From assembly GCA_052426225.1 (NCBI GenBank), contig JBNJNM010000008.1, positions 558,001-622,000 of the forward strand: a stretch of 64,000 nucleotides of DNA, in the 5' to 3' direction. The notes beneath the pieces were generated by a model. The model was not told the origin of the DNA. It did no database searches and worked only from the letters and a program-made list of their open reading frames with translations. Position numbers and translations under genes: made by a program. The stretch comes from Zancudomyces culisetae HAW-14-8 (Eukaryota > Fungi > Kickxellomycota). Positions 48,536-61,360 of the stretch are shown in pieces; position 1 is the stretch's first letter, and each line of letters starts with the position of its first letter.

Positions 48536-51339
48536 ATGTTTTCAATCGAGGCGAGTGGGTACAAAAAGAGGGCGGGTGAAACCAAGGTAAGTAAACAGTA
48601 TTTTTGGTTTCGTAAACTAGAATAAGTTGAAGCGAGGTGGAAAGTGGGAAAGTGGGAAAGTGGGAAAGAACAAGATCAAGTATAAACATCAAGACTCCTA
48701 GAAAACTAAAACAAAAACAATAACAATTAATTGATACTATATAGCCTCGAGTAAATTCCATAACTAAGGGCGAACTTCCCAAATTAAACGACTTTAATAA
48801 TAATATGATGGAGTTATTTATGAATGGGTTTGACAAGATTGATGGTAAGGAAAAAAGAAATGGAAAAGTGACGTCAACCATATATTTCATTTTTGGCGAT
48901 CATTTGGTAGTATTTTTTTTTAATGGAAAGGAAGGATTTTATTTTAGTTACATCAATTAGCTTTATATGGTTAAGATATCCTTGACAGAAAAAGATGTTC
49001 AAATATAATATAATGTAATGTAATGTAACATGATGTGATATGATATAATACGGAATTTAGAGGAGTCCAGGGCATTTGGTTTGAGAAGAAATACTAGCGA
49101 GGAATATAAATGGATGACTAGAAGGGAATTTTACTTTGATTTCAAAGAGTTTAGGTATGTTAAAAAGATGTTGAATTTAAATGAAATCCGAATCAACGGC
49201 TACAATTACATAGATAAATGTATTAAAAAAAACACAGGATACTAACAGGTTGATTTATAACCCCCCCCCCTCCTCCTCCTCCTCCCCTATTTGTAGCTAT
49301 GGGCTGAAAAGTATAGGAATGGAACCCAAAAAAAACCTGGGTGTGTATATGAAGAACAGTTATGAATGGGTAAGTTTAGGAATAGGTTAATTAGCCGACA
49401 TTTTTTTAACAACAGGAAAAACCCCTTTTTACAAGAGAGAGAAAGTGAGAGAGATAGGGATAAAAATAAAAAATATGGATAAATGAAATATGTGAAATAG
49501 ATGGTTACAGAATATTCATCATATTATGGAGATTATATATTGGTATCAATGCACGAAATGCTGGACCGCAACTCAGTAATGCATATCATTGAAGAGGCCG
49601 AGTTAGAGTACATAATCTGTTCAGCAGATCGGGCAAACTTTTTGCTAGATAATTATGAGCAGATTGTGAACAAAGTCAAATGGATAATACTGGTCAACAG
49701 ACATGAAGACAAGGAGAACGAGGAGCTGCTGAGCAAGGTTGTAATGACCAAGGAAATCAACGTGATGTTTTTCGAGAGCGTGATAAAGATGGGTAAAAAA
49801 ATGCTTGAGGAAAACGAAGGCGAGGTGGTGGATATCGAGACACAGGCAAAACCAGATGATGTAGCAACAATATGTTATACCAGTGGAACAACTGGGATGC
49901 CAAAGGGGGTTATGATTACACACCGTAACCTGTTGTGTGCTATTGGTGGAATTAACTGCTACATGGAGGTAGGATACGTGAGGGAGATAACAGAAGAAGA
50001 CTCGTATTTAGCCATTCTGCCAATGTCACATATTTTTGGGCGGGTAGTGGTAAACATGATGATATCGTTTGGAAGTTGTGTAGGGTTTCCGAGTAAAGCA
50101 CACTCTTCATCGATTAGCAATGACATCAAGACGTTCAAGCCGACAATTTTTGTTGGAGTACCTCGGATTTTTGAAAAGCTTCGAAAGAGTGTATTTACCG
50201 AGGTCGAAAAACGAGGCGGATTAATATCGCTTTTATTCAAATACGGGTTGTATGTCAAGGGCAAGAAAATTAAAAAGAATGGAGACAAGCGATGGCTATT
50301 TGACAAATTTGTGTTCAAAACCGTGGCAGACCAACTTGGAGGTCGTGTATCAATGATAATTTCGGGGTCTGCGCCGGCTACTGGCGAGATGCTGATGTTT
50401 ATGCGCTGCTGCTTTGATGGAGATTTACACGAAGGGTATGGATGTACAGAGACGACGGGAATGTGTACAGTTACGATTGCGGGAGATAACAGTGGTAGTA
50501 ATATAGGACCGCCAATGATCAACACTATGATTAAATTGGTGGATGTACCTGAAATCGGGTACTACACAACCGACAGGCCAAATCCACGGGGGGAAATATG
50601 TGTTAAGGGGCACTGTGTGTTTAAGGGGTATTACAAACGGCCTCATGGTACTCAGCGTGTGATGGATAAGGATGGATGGTACCATACAGGTGATATAGGA
50701 ATGTTTGATAAGACGGGCAGTGTTGTAATAATTGATCGAAAGACCCACTTTTTCAAACTACCGCAGGGTGAGTACGTATCCCCAGAAAAAATAGAATCAA
50801 TTCTCACGAGTGATCATTTGATTCAGCAGGCCTTTGTGTATGGCGATTCAAACCGTCCTTGTCTGGTTGCAATACTTCATCCAGATAGAGATAGGTTGAT
50901 TGAATATGCTTCAAGACGGCTGAAAAACTTTAACCCACGCGAACTTACCAACAGTATCATGAAAGGTCGCAATGATGGGGATGCTAAAAGTGGGAGAAGT
51001 GAGAAAACCGAGGAGAGCAATTCGTACCACGCTAGCGATAGCAATAGTAGTACCAGTATGTCTACTACACCCACTCAGAACAACGCATCTGCGTATAACG
51101 AGCTGTACAAAATTCTCTGTAGGAGACCTGTTTTGATTAAGCTCTTATTAAAGGATTTGAAGGCACAACTCAAGTCTTGTGGATTGGTTGAACTTGAGGT
51201 GATCCGAAACATATATCTTGATCCTGTGCCGTTCCAGGACAGCGATCTACTGTCCATTTCAATGAAGCTAGTTAGGGATAAGGCAAAAGCCCATTATTCC
51301 AAGGTTATAGATAAATTGTACCAAGATATTAACGTCTAG
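48536..51339 (+). CDS. Long-chain fatty acyl-CoA synthetase (ACSL1/5/6, Faa2-like)
   Basis: Exons 48536-48586, 48745-48844, 49061-49154, 49297-49369 and 49501-51339, all phase-compatible. Motifs YTSGTTGMPKG, EGYGCTET, GWYHTGDIG and IIDRK..FKL.QGEYVSPEKIE. Confidence 0.92.
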
Positions 51340-52289
51340 AATATATTGTATGAGTTAACTCAACAATACTAGATACTTTTGTGTTTGAATTTACCAATAC
51401 TATATTATTTTTATTTTATTTTGTTTTTTGTGTTTTCTAAAAGTCTAGATTTTTTTTTTTGTTTTTTTTTTTCATTGATTAAAGTGAATTGTTATTACTT
51501 TTTTATGTATTTTTTTTTTGGCGTGAGAGGTTTGCAATTTATTTTTTTATTTATTTATTTCTTTGCAGGTAAATCAAAAAATAGATATAAAAAGTTTAAC
51601 GCGAACACCAATTTGATTATTTATTTTATTATCTCGTTACTATTATTGTTTTTATTTTTATTTTCATTTTCATTTTCTCTTTTGAATTCGTATTTAAAAA
51701 GTAAAAGTAAAAGTAAAATAAAATAATTATAAAATAAAGGGAGATTTGGTTTGTTACAAAATTAAATTGAATAAAAATATTTCCATTTGTTTTTTTGTTG
51801 TTGTTATAAAGCAAGTTCAGCCATAACCTTGTAACAACCTTATCACTTTTATTATTATTAATATTATTTTACCATAATTTTTAATTTAATTTTCAATAGA
51901 AATTGTAAACATGTCTAGTTCAATGGTCAATAATAAAAACACCATTCAAAATTTGCGAAACTTCAATATAAAAAAAAATTGTTTTTTTATTATTATATTA
52001 TATTATATTATATTTTAATTCATTTTAATTCATTTCGCTTTAATTTTTTTTTTTGCAACTGATTGAATTTGAAATGATTATTAGATTATTTTTTTTTCCA
52101 GCTTATTAGGTAAACCACTTTTATAATACAGCTAAAGCAATAGCAGTGAATAGAAAAAAAACAAAGAAATCAAAAAAAAAAGTGATATTCCGTATATAAT
52201 TATTTTTTTAAACAAACTATTGAAATCAAATCAAGGACGGGATTAATGAAAATCAAAATGATATTGTATAGCTAAAAATTAAAATCAAG

Positions 52290-52363
52290 ATGAATAGTAA
52301 TAATAGTAACAATAACAATACCGGAAATATCAACAATAATATAGACTTACAAAATGACCTACT

Positions 52364-52402
<39 letters not shown>

Positions 52403-55400
52403 GCTGCAATTTTACCAGCAGCAATTACAACAGAATCAGAATCAGAATCAGAATCCGGCACAGTATGGATATATACCAACACAAAACAAAATCAATAACA
52501 CGATGGGGGCGATGGGAGGACCAGAGATGTCAGACATGGCGAAATATTTGCAACGAGCAGGTCTAGCAAATGGTGGTAATGTGGGGCAGAATTTTGCCCA
52601 GTACGGCGCGATGTACCAGTATCAACAACAGCAGCACATACAACAACACATACAACAGCAATTACAACAACAATTGCAGCAGCAACAGCAACAGCAGCAG
52701 ATGTTGTTATTGCAGCAGCAATTACAAAAACAACAGCAGCAACAACAACAACAACAATTGCAACAGCAATTGCAACAACAACAACAGCAACAACAACAGC
52801 AACAACAACAGCAACAACAACAGCAATTGCAAATCCAAGAACCACAACAAAGTAAAAAGGAGGGGAATGAGGCAGTTGGTAAAGGGAAAACAAAAACTTC
52901 AAAGAAAAAGAAAAAGCAAAAGGAGGAGGAAACACAAGTAAGTGTGGCAGAATTACAAAGAATAGGTACAGAGGGGAGTGTGGATGGGGGACAGAATGGA
53001 AATCAACACTATCATAATCAGCAACAACAGCAACAACAACAGTTATTACTTCAAAGGCAGCTACAGTTACAACAACAACAACAACAACAGCAGCAGCAGC
53101 AACAACAGCAGCAACAGCAACAACCACAACAGCGAACGGTAGGACAAGTGGAAATTCCAGGACAAGGGCAACCATCAAGAATGAATAGCGAAGAATCACC
53201 AGTGGAGCACCAAAACCAAAATCAAAATCAACATCAACATCAACAAATTATGCAACAGCGATTGATAGTACAGCAAATGATTAAACAACAACCAGCACTG
53301 GTTCAGGCAATTGTAGTAGCTAGCAATGAGAAGTTAATGAGTATAGCGGAACAGATAGCGAAAAATCAAGGAGAATGTGATAATGAGCGGATAGCAGCAG
53401 TTTATCAGCAATTGTATCAGCGACAGATAATATTAAGGCGGGTGATGGAATACGAGGAGCAGTTGAGGGCGGGAGAATCATCAAAGCAGGCGCAGGTGCA
53501 GGTCCCGATTGAAGCGCAAAACCAGGTACAAACTCAGACACAAGCTCAGGCACCTACACAAATACAAACGCCAACACCAATACAAACACAAACACAAACA
53601 CAAATACAAACGCCAACACAAATACAAACACCTACACAACAGAATAGGGAACAAGATGATGAACAAAGGCAGAAGCAAAAGCAGAAACAAAAACAAAAGC
53701 AAAAACAAAAGCAAATAGAGCAAGCACTAGAACGCGAAAGAGAAAACGAGAGAGAAAGAGAAAACGAGAGAGAAAGAGAAAGGGAAAGAGAAAGGGAAGA
53801 GGGAATTAAAACAGAAATGGAAACGGTGATTGAACAAGGCCAAGACCAAGATCAGGATCAGGATCAGGACCAAGATCAAGGTTTAGAGCGAGTGTTAGGG
53901 CAAGAGACCGTGCAAAATCAAGACCAATACCACAAAGTAGAGGATGGAATTGAAGAGAGTCAGGAAAAAAAACGCAAGATAGAGGAGATGATAGATATTG
54001 AGGAGGAGATAGAAAAGGGAAATAGAATAATAGAGCAAAATAGAATAATGCGGATCAACGACAATCGAGTAAAAGCGGTGGACAAGTATTTGGAGCGAGA
54101 GCAGCAGTACCGGACAGGTATGGAAAAACAGCTAGCAAAACAGCAGCGAAAGTATGAGATGTATGCACGGGCAGTGGCGGTACGAAAACGAGCGGTTGAT
54201 AAGTACCAGAACGATCAGGCGAGAGTGGCAGGACCAACACAAGTACAACAAGGACGTAGGGGAGTGGGAGTGGGAGTGGGGGTGGGAATAGGAATAGGAA
54301 GTGGGAGTGGGGTGCGGAGGTACCGACGACGAGAGCTTGAGGCACAAAGTCGGATTAAGGGCGAGCTGGTGCCGATTCGGTTGGATTTGGAAATTAACGG
54401 GGTCAAACTGCGCGATACGTTTACGTGGAATGTGGAAGAACAGTTAATAACGCCACAAGATTTTGCAAAGACGCTGTGTATAGATATGGGATTGAACGTC
54501 GACAGTTTTGTGCCGGCTGTGGCCAAAAGCATTGAGGAGCAAATAGCCGAGTACAGCGACCACCGCGCACAGGTCGACACCATGGCGGATGCGCTGGATC
54601 TGCGCACAGACTCTGCCTCTCCTCAGAGCGAGCTGCGGGCAATAATCCGGGTGGATGTGGTTGCGGGCGGAATCGGTCTGCGCGATGAGTTTGAGTGGCC
54701 GGTTAGTCCGCTGGACCGTCCGGAAGCCGATCCCGAGCTGTTTGCGCAAACATTTTGTGCCGAGCATGGGCTGGGCGGCGAGTTTGTCACTGCTGTAGCC
54801 CATGCCATTCGTGAGCAACTGCATGTGTATAGCAAGTCGCTGACCATAGCTGGGTTTATGCCTGGTGCTGAACCCCAGGTTCTTGCTGACCACAGCCTAG
54901 CCAATGCTTTGCTTCCCCAGGTTGTTGCTGGTTCTGCCATCTTTAGACCTGCTGTAGCTGTGAATGCGAATGCAAATGCGAATGCAACTGCAACTTTAAC
55001 TGCGAACGCAATTGCGGCTCTGCACTATCAGTTTCCCATTCTGGAGTATTTGCCCGACCCCGACCGTCTCAATACCGAAACTGAGCGGGATGCTCGCCGT
55101 AAGCGACGACGCCAAGCGTTTACTTCTTCTTCGTCTCGCAAGTCCGTTCTGGTTGCGCCTGACCGTGAGCCCATCCGTACTTTCCGAACTGCTTTAGTCT
55201 TGCCTCCTAATCAGGCATCCATCTTGGCCATTTATAGAGGCCTTGGTTATTCTCTTTATCGCAATCCTGCAGTTGGTTCTAGTACTGGTACTGGTATTGG
55301 TATTGGTATTGGTATTGGGGCTGGTATTGGTTCTTCTATCTCTGCCTTTACCTCTACATCTGCCTCTGCCTCTACCTCTGTCTCTGCTATCGGTGTTGGT

Positions 55401-56243
55401 ACTTCTTCTAATTATCACTATCCTTACTCTATCTTCAGTGGTGGCTTGGGCGAATCCTTCCTATCTGCAAAATCCTCTCATAATCTCTCATCTGCTTCCA
55501 AACAAGTTCTTTATTCTGCCGATTCTACTCATGCTCTTGGTATTTCTACCCCTACCCTTACCTCTAATTCTAATTCTAATTCTAACTCTACCTCTACTAC
55601 CGCCACAGCCACAGCCATTGCTATTGCTACTACTACCTCTGCTCATAGTGGTACTGGAAGTGCTGGTGGTGGTGGTGGTAGTAGTGGTTATAACGATTTT
55701 ATAGCTTCTTTATCTGAAGAAGACTACAAGATTTTCAAGTCGTTACCCATTGTTAAAAACCCACGATCTCGTGGCCGGCCTTCAAACCTTGAAAAGCTGC
55801 TACGCGATGCAGAGCTGGAATACATTCGCCGTAATAATATTCACATTCCTTACCTTGAAAAGTTTCCTTTGGTTACCCGCCACTACCTTCGCGTAGTTGA
55901 TGCTGGTGCACCTACTTCGATCTTTTTTCCAACTTCTGGTGGACCAACAACAACAACAACAACAACATCTACATCTGCATCTGCATCTGCATCTTCATCT
56001 ACCATACCAACACAAGAAACAAACACTGCTAGTAGTGATGGTGGTAGTACTGCTATTTCTACAACTCCTCATACACATACAACTGTTCATGCAGGTGGAT
56101 CAGGTGATTTCCAACCAAAATGGTCATGTTCTCAATGCGGAAAACTGGCTACTCAAACCAGTTTGATTAGATTAGGTTATGATGGACATCATAGCTTATG
56201 TGATGAATGTGGTCTCAAGTATTTACAATCTTTAGGTGGATAA
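52290..56243 (+). CDS. SNF5: SWI/SNF subunit Snf5 with polyQ N-terminus, AT-hook-like motif and C-terminal GATA-like zinc finger
   Basis: SNF5 repeats 'LVPIRLDLE..G.KLRDTFTWN' and 'D.FEW......PE.FA..FC.E.GL.GEF.TAVAHAIREQ', plus 'ERDARRKRRRQ' and 'RTFRT'. RGRP at about 55770 and CSQC-x20-CDEC at 56127-56210. Confidence 0.9.
52364..53130 (+). repeat. CAA/CAG trinucleotide arrays encoding polyglutamine tracts
   Basis: Several (CAA)n/(CAG)n runs, for example near 52364-52401, 52730-52830 and 53065-53125. Confidence 0.9.
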
Positions 56244-57216
56244 AGTTTTGAATTTCTTTATTTCCATACTTTTTATTTTTCTTTTCTTTTTCTGTTTGTT
56301 TGTTTGTTTGTTGATATTAATTTATCTTGTAATTTTCCAATATCCAATATTCACCTTTTTCTACTTTTTATTTTCTATTTTCATTTAACTTTATTCATTA
56401 TATATTAAACTATAATTTAAAACCTCCTCTTTCATCCCCTCCTCCTTCATCTCTCCCCACCCGTCCCATTTTTTCCCAATTATTCTAGTATTGAAGGTTT
56501 ACTGATATTTGAATTTTTTTTATTTGGGATTATATTATACAGTTCAAATATCTTTATCCCATAATTTCAACTTGCACACATTTATTATATTATATTATAT
56601 TATGTTTTTATTTTATTTTTATTTTATTTTTTTGTTTTATTTGTTTTATTTGCAACAGAAAGATAAAATAATTGAGAAAATGGTAATTCAGGCTCCATTT
56701 ATTCTCAATTCCAATTTTCTTCTCACCTATCACCTTAACCCAGCCCACCCTATTAGTAACAAATCTATTCATAAAATATAAAATATAAAACATTTCAAAT
56801 TACACACACACTCACAAATTCACAAATTCACACACACATACCACTTTACCTTCTCACTCTTTATTTTCTTTAGTTTTACTTTTTCATCTTTATACTCTTA
56901 ATAACACCCCAAATCGTTTAATCTTTTTTTATTATTACTTATTATAAAAAAACGATCAACGAATAAGCTAAACTAAGCTAAGCTATTATTAAAATAAATC
57001 GAGTATATATTTGGAAAAAGACAAAAAAAAAAAACAAGAAAACAATAAAAAAAACAAAGAAAATACCAACAGACAGACAAATCCTTTGGTGGAAATAATA
57101 TAATATCGATAAACTTCCAACCCACAGAATCGTTTCTCTTCTTGTCTTTTCTTATCTCTTCCTTCCTGCGCTCCCCCCCCCCCTTCCCCCTTCCCCCCCT
57201 CCTCTATTGCTTTGAA

Positions 57217-58428
57217 ATGGACTCTGTTCAAGATAATAATAATTCCGAATCGGTAATCGAAAAAAAGTTGGGCCTGTTGTTGGAATATTATCCTACATTT
57301 TACAACAAAACCAATGATGAATTACAAGCCCTATTGCTCGATTCACAGCGGTTTGAGCAGGAATTCCGCAACCTTGACCAGGTTAAAATGACTCTTTCTC
57401 TACAACACGAATTGCAACAGCAGAGGTATAATCTAGCTTGTACTAATATCAATATTTATGGTGGAGCAACATCCACATCCACATCTACCTCCACATCTAC
57501 TTCAACTTCAAATTCAGCAACTCTTGTAAAAAATATTAACGAGATTCAATCGGACTACGATCCCGTAACCAAACTAAAAATCCTAAAACGACTAGAAAAT
57601 GAATATTGGGCACTGGTCAATCGGTTTCTTGACCAATTCTTTTATCTGACCTTTTACTACCAAAATCTTGGTAACGAACCTTCTGACCATCAACAGCCAG
57701 ATACCCATCATAATACCAACATCAACACCAACACCAATGATAATACTAATGATAATACTATTAGTAACAACAACAACAACAACAACAACAACAATAATAA
57801 TAATAGTGGTAGTGGTAGTGGTAGTGGTGGTGGTAACTTTAATGATGTAAACTCAATTACTGGCATCAACTTGGAAAATAAGCTGAAATCTTTTCCTTAT
57901 CGTAGACATAGTGGAAATACCAACGATTATCTAAAAGATATTCAGAACTACTTTGTGGATAAAGTCTTGGAGGATTACATTGTTCAACTAGATAAATTTT
58001 CAGATCTTCTTATTGAAAAATACTTGTATTGGTACCCTCAAAATGAACTTAATACTCAAACTCAATTTCAAACTCAAAATCAAAATCAAAATCAATTCCA
58101 ACCTTCTCCTTCTCCAAGTTCTCTACCTTCTTCCACTTTTCAAACATCTTCTCCCTCACACTCACCACATTCTTCAAATCTAAATTCATCTACCGTATTT
58201 TCCAGCTTTGGTAATACAATCAATACTTCTCCTTCTCCCTCTTCTTCCACCTCTTCTTCTGTTCCTTCCTCCTTCATTAGCAATACTGATACTCTTTCTT
58301 CTCTTATCACCAATGTCTCGGAATTTAATTCCAATAACCTAGACTCGTTTTTAAAACTCTTTATTACTATTAGAAAAAAATTCCACCTATTACTATCAAT
58401 TCAAAAACATTTTAACCCAGATCAATAA
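57217..58428 (+). CDS. VPS37: ESCRT-I subunit Vps37/Srn2-like (Mod(r) domain) with low-complexity insertions
   Basis: ATG at 57217. 'K..DELQALL.D', 'L..Q.EL....YNLA..N', 'LEDYI...DKFSDLL.EKYL' and 'LDSFLKLFITIRKKFHL' match the Mod(r) pattern from recall. Confidence 0.65.
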   Translation: MDSVQDNNNSESVIEKKLGLLLEYYPTFYNKTNDELQALLLDSQRFEQEFRNLDQVKMTLSLQHELQQQRYNLACTNINIYGGATSTSTSTSTSTSTSNSATLVKNINEIQSDYDPVTKLKILKRLENEYWALVNRFLDQFFYLTFYYQNLGNEPSDHQQPDTHHNTNINTNTNDNTNDNTISNNNNNNNNNNNNNSGSGSGSGGGNFNDVNSITGINLENKLKSFPYRRHSGNTNDYLKDIQNYFVDKVLEDYIVQLDKFSDLLIEKYLYWYPQNELNTQTQFQTQNQNQNQFQPSPSPSSLPSSTFQTSSPSHSPHSSNLNSSTVFSSFGNTINTSPSPSSSTSSSVPSSFISNTDTLSSLITNVSEFNSNNLDSFLKLFITIRKKFHLLLSIQKHFNPDQ

Positions 58429-58529
58429 AAACCTCATTGTTTCTCTTCCCTTCCCTTCACTCCTTTTTTTTCTTTTGTTTATTTCTCTCATCTTCCTCTC
58501 CAGTCTTGTACTATTATATATGTTAACTC

Positions 58530-60604
58530 CTAACTAGCATTAACACTCCCTGTGTTGGTAGTGAGATTTACACTGCTATTCTCCCATGCATTCATCATAA
58601 AGTAATGGATAGTATTCAATGCCTCGTATCTAACCATTTGTTGATACTTTCCACTTCCCGCACTACTACCACTACCACTACCACCTGTCGCATTGTTATC
58701 ATTTGACTCCAATAACAACTCCATAATCTTTTTCTTGGCGCCCAACCCATCCAACAGTTTTTTGGCCTGCATACTGTTATGACTATACTTCAAATACATC
58801 CCTATATCATGACATATAATTGCCAGCTTCTCTTGTTCAGTCTCTGTATTTTTAATACTCATCAAATGCTCCACCAGCTTTCTTATCACATATCCATCCT
58901 TCTCCTCCATTCGCTTAGCATTGCTCTTCCAAAACTTGTCGTCATAATGCTGTGTCTGGCCCATGGTCAATATTCCGCTCTTAACCTGGTTCACATACAA
59001 TGCCCAACTTCCCTCCTCTCTCTCGCCCTCATTAATCCGATTCGCCTGCTCATCAAGTACTCCCACCAACTCGCTAATATCTGTTGTCAAGTCGCTATCG
59101 CTATACTTACGTCCCTGAAGCGCTTCTAAACACCCCCGTACCCCACACACAACCATAACTGGATAGTTATGATCACCTCCCAGTTCCACCAGATTTCTCA
59201 GAATCCCCACTGCTATTCTTATCACCTTCTCCTTCATCGCCCCTCTTGAAATCTTCAACAACGTAGTTATCACCTCATAATCCCTCTCCATTCTCTCACT
59301 TATTGTCTTGTTAAAACTCATCATCCATAAACAATACCCTATTTCATACTGCACTTGCGATGTTGTCACATGTCCTCCAATTGTATTGGTTACCGTTGAC
59401 TTTAGTATTTCAACCATTCTATTTTATATTTTATATTTTACATTTCAATCTCATCTTTATTTACATATCACCTCCACCTAAATAAAGTACTAGCTCCCCT
59501 GCTCATCCTCAACAATTCTCATTCTCATTTTCATTTTTATTTCCATACTTACTCTTTGACTATCTGCCCAGATTCGTAGTACAACGCCTCACGTGCCCCC
59601 GGAAGTTCTAGGGTTGACTGCACTATCTGTATTGCTACGTCTATCACCCATTTGATTCCACTTCCCATCATCTCCTCCAAATACCGGTATACCCGTGCGA
59701 ATTCTAATTTTTTGGTCTTGTCAGTTTTACTCTCGTAATTCATCAACCTCACCACTATCATACTACCCTTTAGCGCTATAAACTCTTCTTTATTGCTCAT
59801 AATCCTACAAGTTATAAACGTATGCATATATTCCCTTTTTTTATATCTTTCTCTCTCTTTTTTTTTCATACTTTTTAATTTTGTTAGGTCCAAAAGTCGT
59901 GTTTTTAAGTTATAATAGTAATAGTATACTAGACTTCATAAACTTGATACAACGGACTATATAATATACATGTTTGCCGTACCTTTCCATAACCTTATAT
60001 ACGTTATCACCATTCTTGTTTTGATACTTCAATGCTGCGACACAACCCTCGTCATTTTCCTCGATCAGTTCCTGAAGCACTATTATTATCTGCTGTACTG
60101 CTTCGGTTCTATTGATCTTTTGCGCTAATTCTAGTAGTAAAACTACTGTTTCTTTGATTTTCTATTTATTTATTTTTCAATTTAATTTTCGTTATTTCTC
60201 TTGTGTTTAGTTTGACAAAAACGATATAAAATAATATTAGTAACTATATTGATACAATTGCGAGAAAAACACACAATCCTTACATTATTTATTTTAAACT
60301 TTCGTTGTTTAATTTCCATTATTCCATTTAATTCCTGTTCACTGATTAACCCAGCATTATGATAACCCTAAAAAGTTACAAATATTATGTATCAGACTCT
60401 CATACTCATCCATCCGTAATTCTCCTACATTCCTCTTATTGTAATATATATTATACGTTTATGTATTATATATGTTACCTCCCAGGGAATAATTTGCTCT
60501 TTAATTTCGCTACTACTTTCATCGAAATGACCATTCACTACAAACACCGCCGGAACCTCGTAGCTTACTACGGATTTTCTCTTCGTGGTTCCTTTGTCTG
60601 GCAT
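58530..60604 (-). CDS. VMA13: V-type ATPase subunit H
   Basis: Exons 60604-60479, 60367-60284, 60161-59983, 59804-59553 and 59418-58530. Motifs 'IPWEGY..AGLIS', 'Q.QYE..YCLW..SF', 'KEKVIRI', 'H....FWK.NA', 'LAIICHDIG.Y' and 'VRYEAL'. Confidence 0.92.
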
Positions 60605-61360
60605 TTTTTCTTTCTTATATATCTTCTCCTTTGATCTATTTTTCTTTCTAGTTAGTATACAGAAATCGTTTTTGAATTCATTTATGTTCCTGTTACTCTA
60701 AAAGTAAAAAGCCCATATATTTTCTCCAATACAAAATAGAATAATTTTACATTCTAAATTGTACCTGTAAGCTTTTTGTTTTTTTTTTCCCACTAGTCGC
60801 ACAGGTTTTATTGGCGGAAATATATTTACAACGGAAATTTCAAACTCGTAAAAAAATAAAGTAAAGGCTGGTAAGCGCACCTCCAAAAAAAAAACCACAG
60901 TCAATTTAATTTGCTGTTGTTTCACTCTTTATCCCTTATATTTATTTTTGCGCAAATAACCAACTCGAAGCGATACAATTGTATAGTTTTTTCCTCACAT
61001 TATTCCTTGAATGAGCATTGCTTTACAACTCAAGAAGAGTTGGTAAAGGTGATGTGTTAATATTATCTTCCTCATAGCTTTCAGTTCAACTGGTAGTACA
61101 ATCATGCTTTTAATTTGCGGTCACAAAGTGTACAATATTTCTTTACTAATATTTCCAGCTATTCAAAATAGGTGCAAAAAAGCACTTTGACTTTAAAACT
61201 CTTATAATTAACTTTTTGAGTAAATGTATTTACTAGTTATTCTCCAGCTAATTATGATGGGCAAAACAACAACGCCTAAATACTTTACTAACAGAAATAT
61301 GAAACAATATAAATACACAAACATACCAAATACAAAAATAAACTACACAACCCTTATATA

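Noticed and set aside
52354-56166. Many long antisense or alternative-frame ORFs over SNF5 (also over RKR1, VPS5 and the orphan at 1284-2615)
   Set aside because: They are by-products of trinucleotide repeats and biased codon usage, with no domains.
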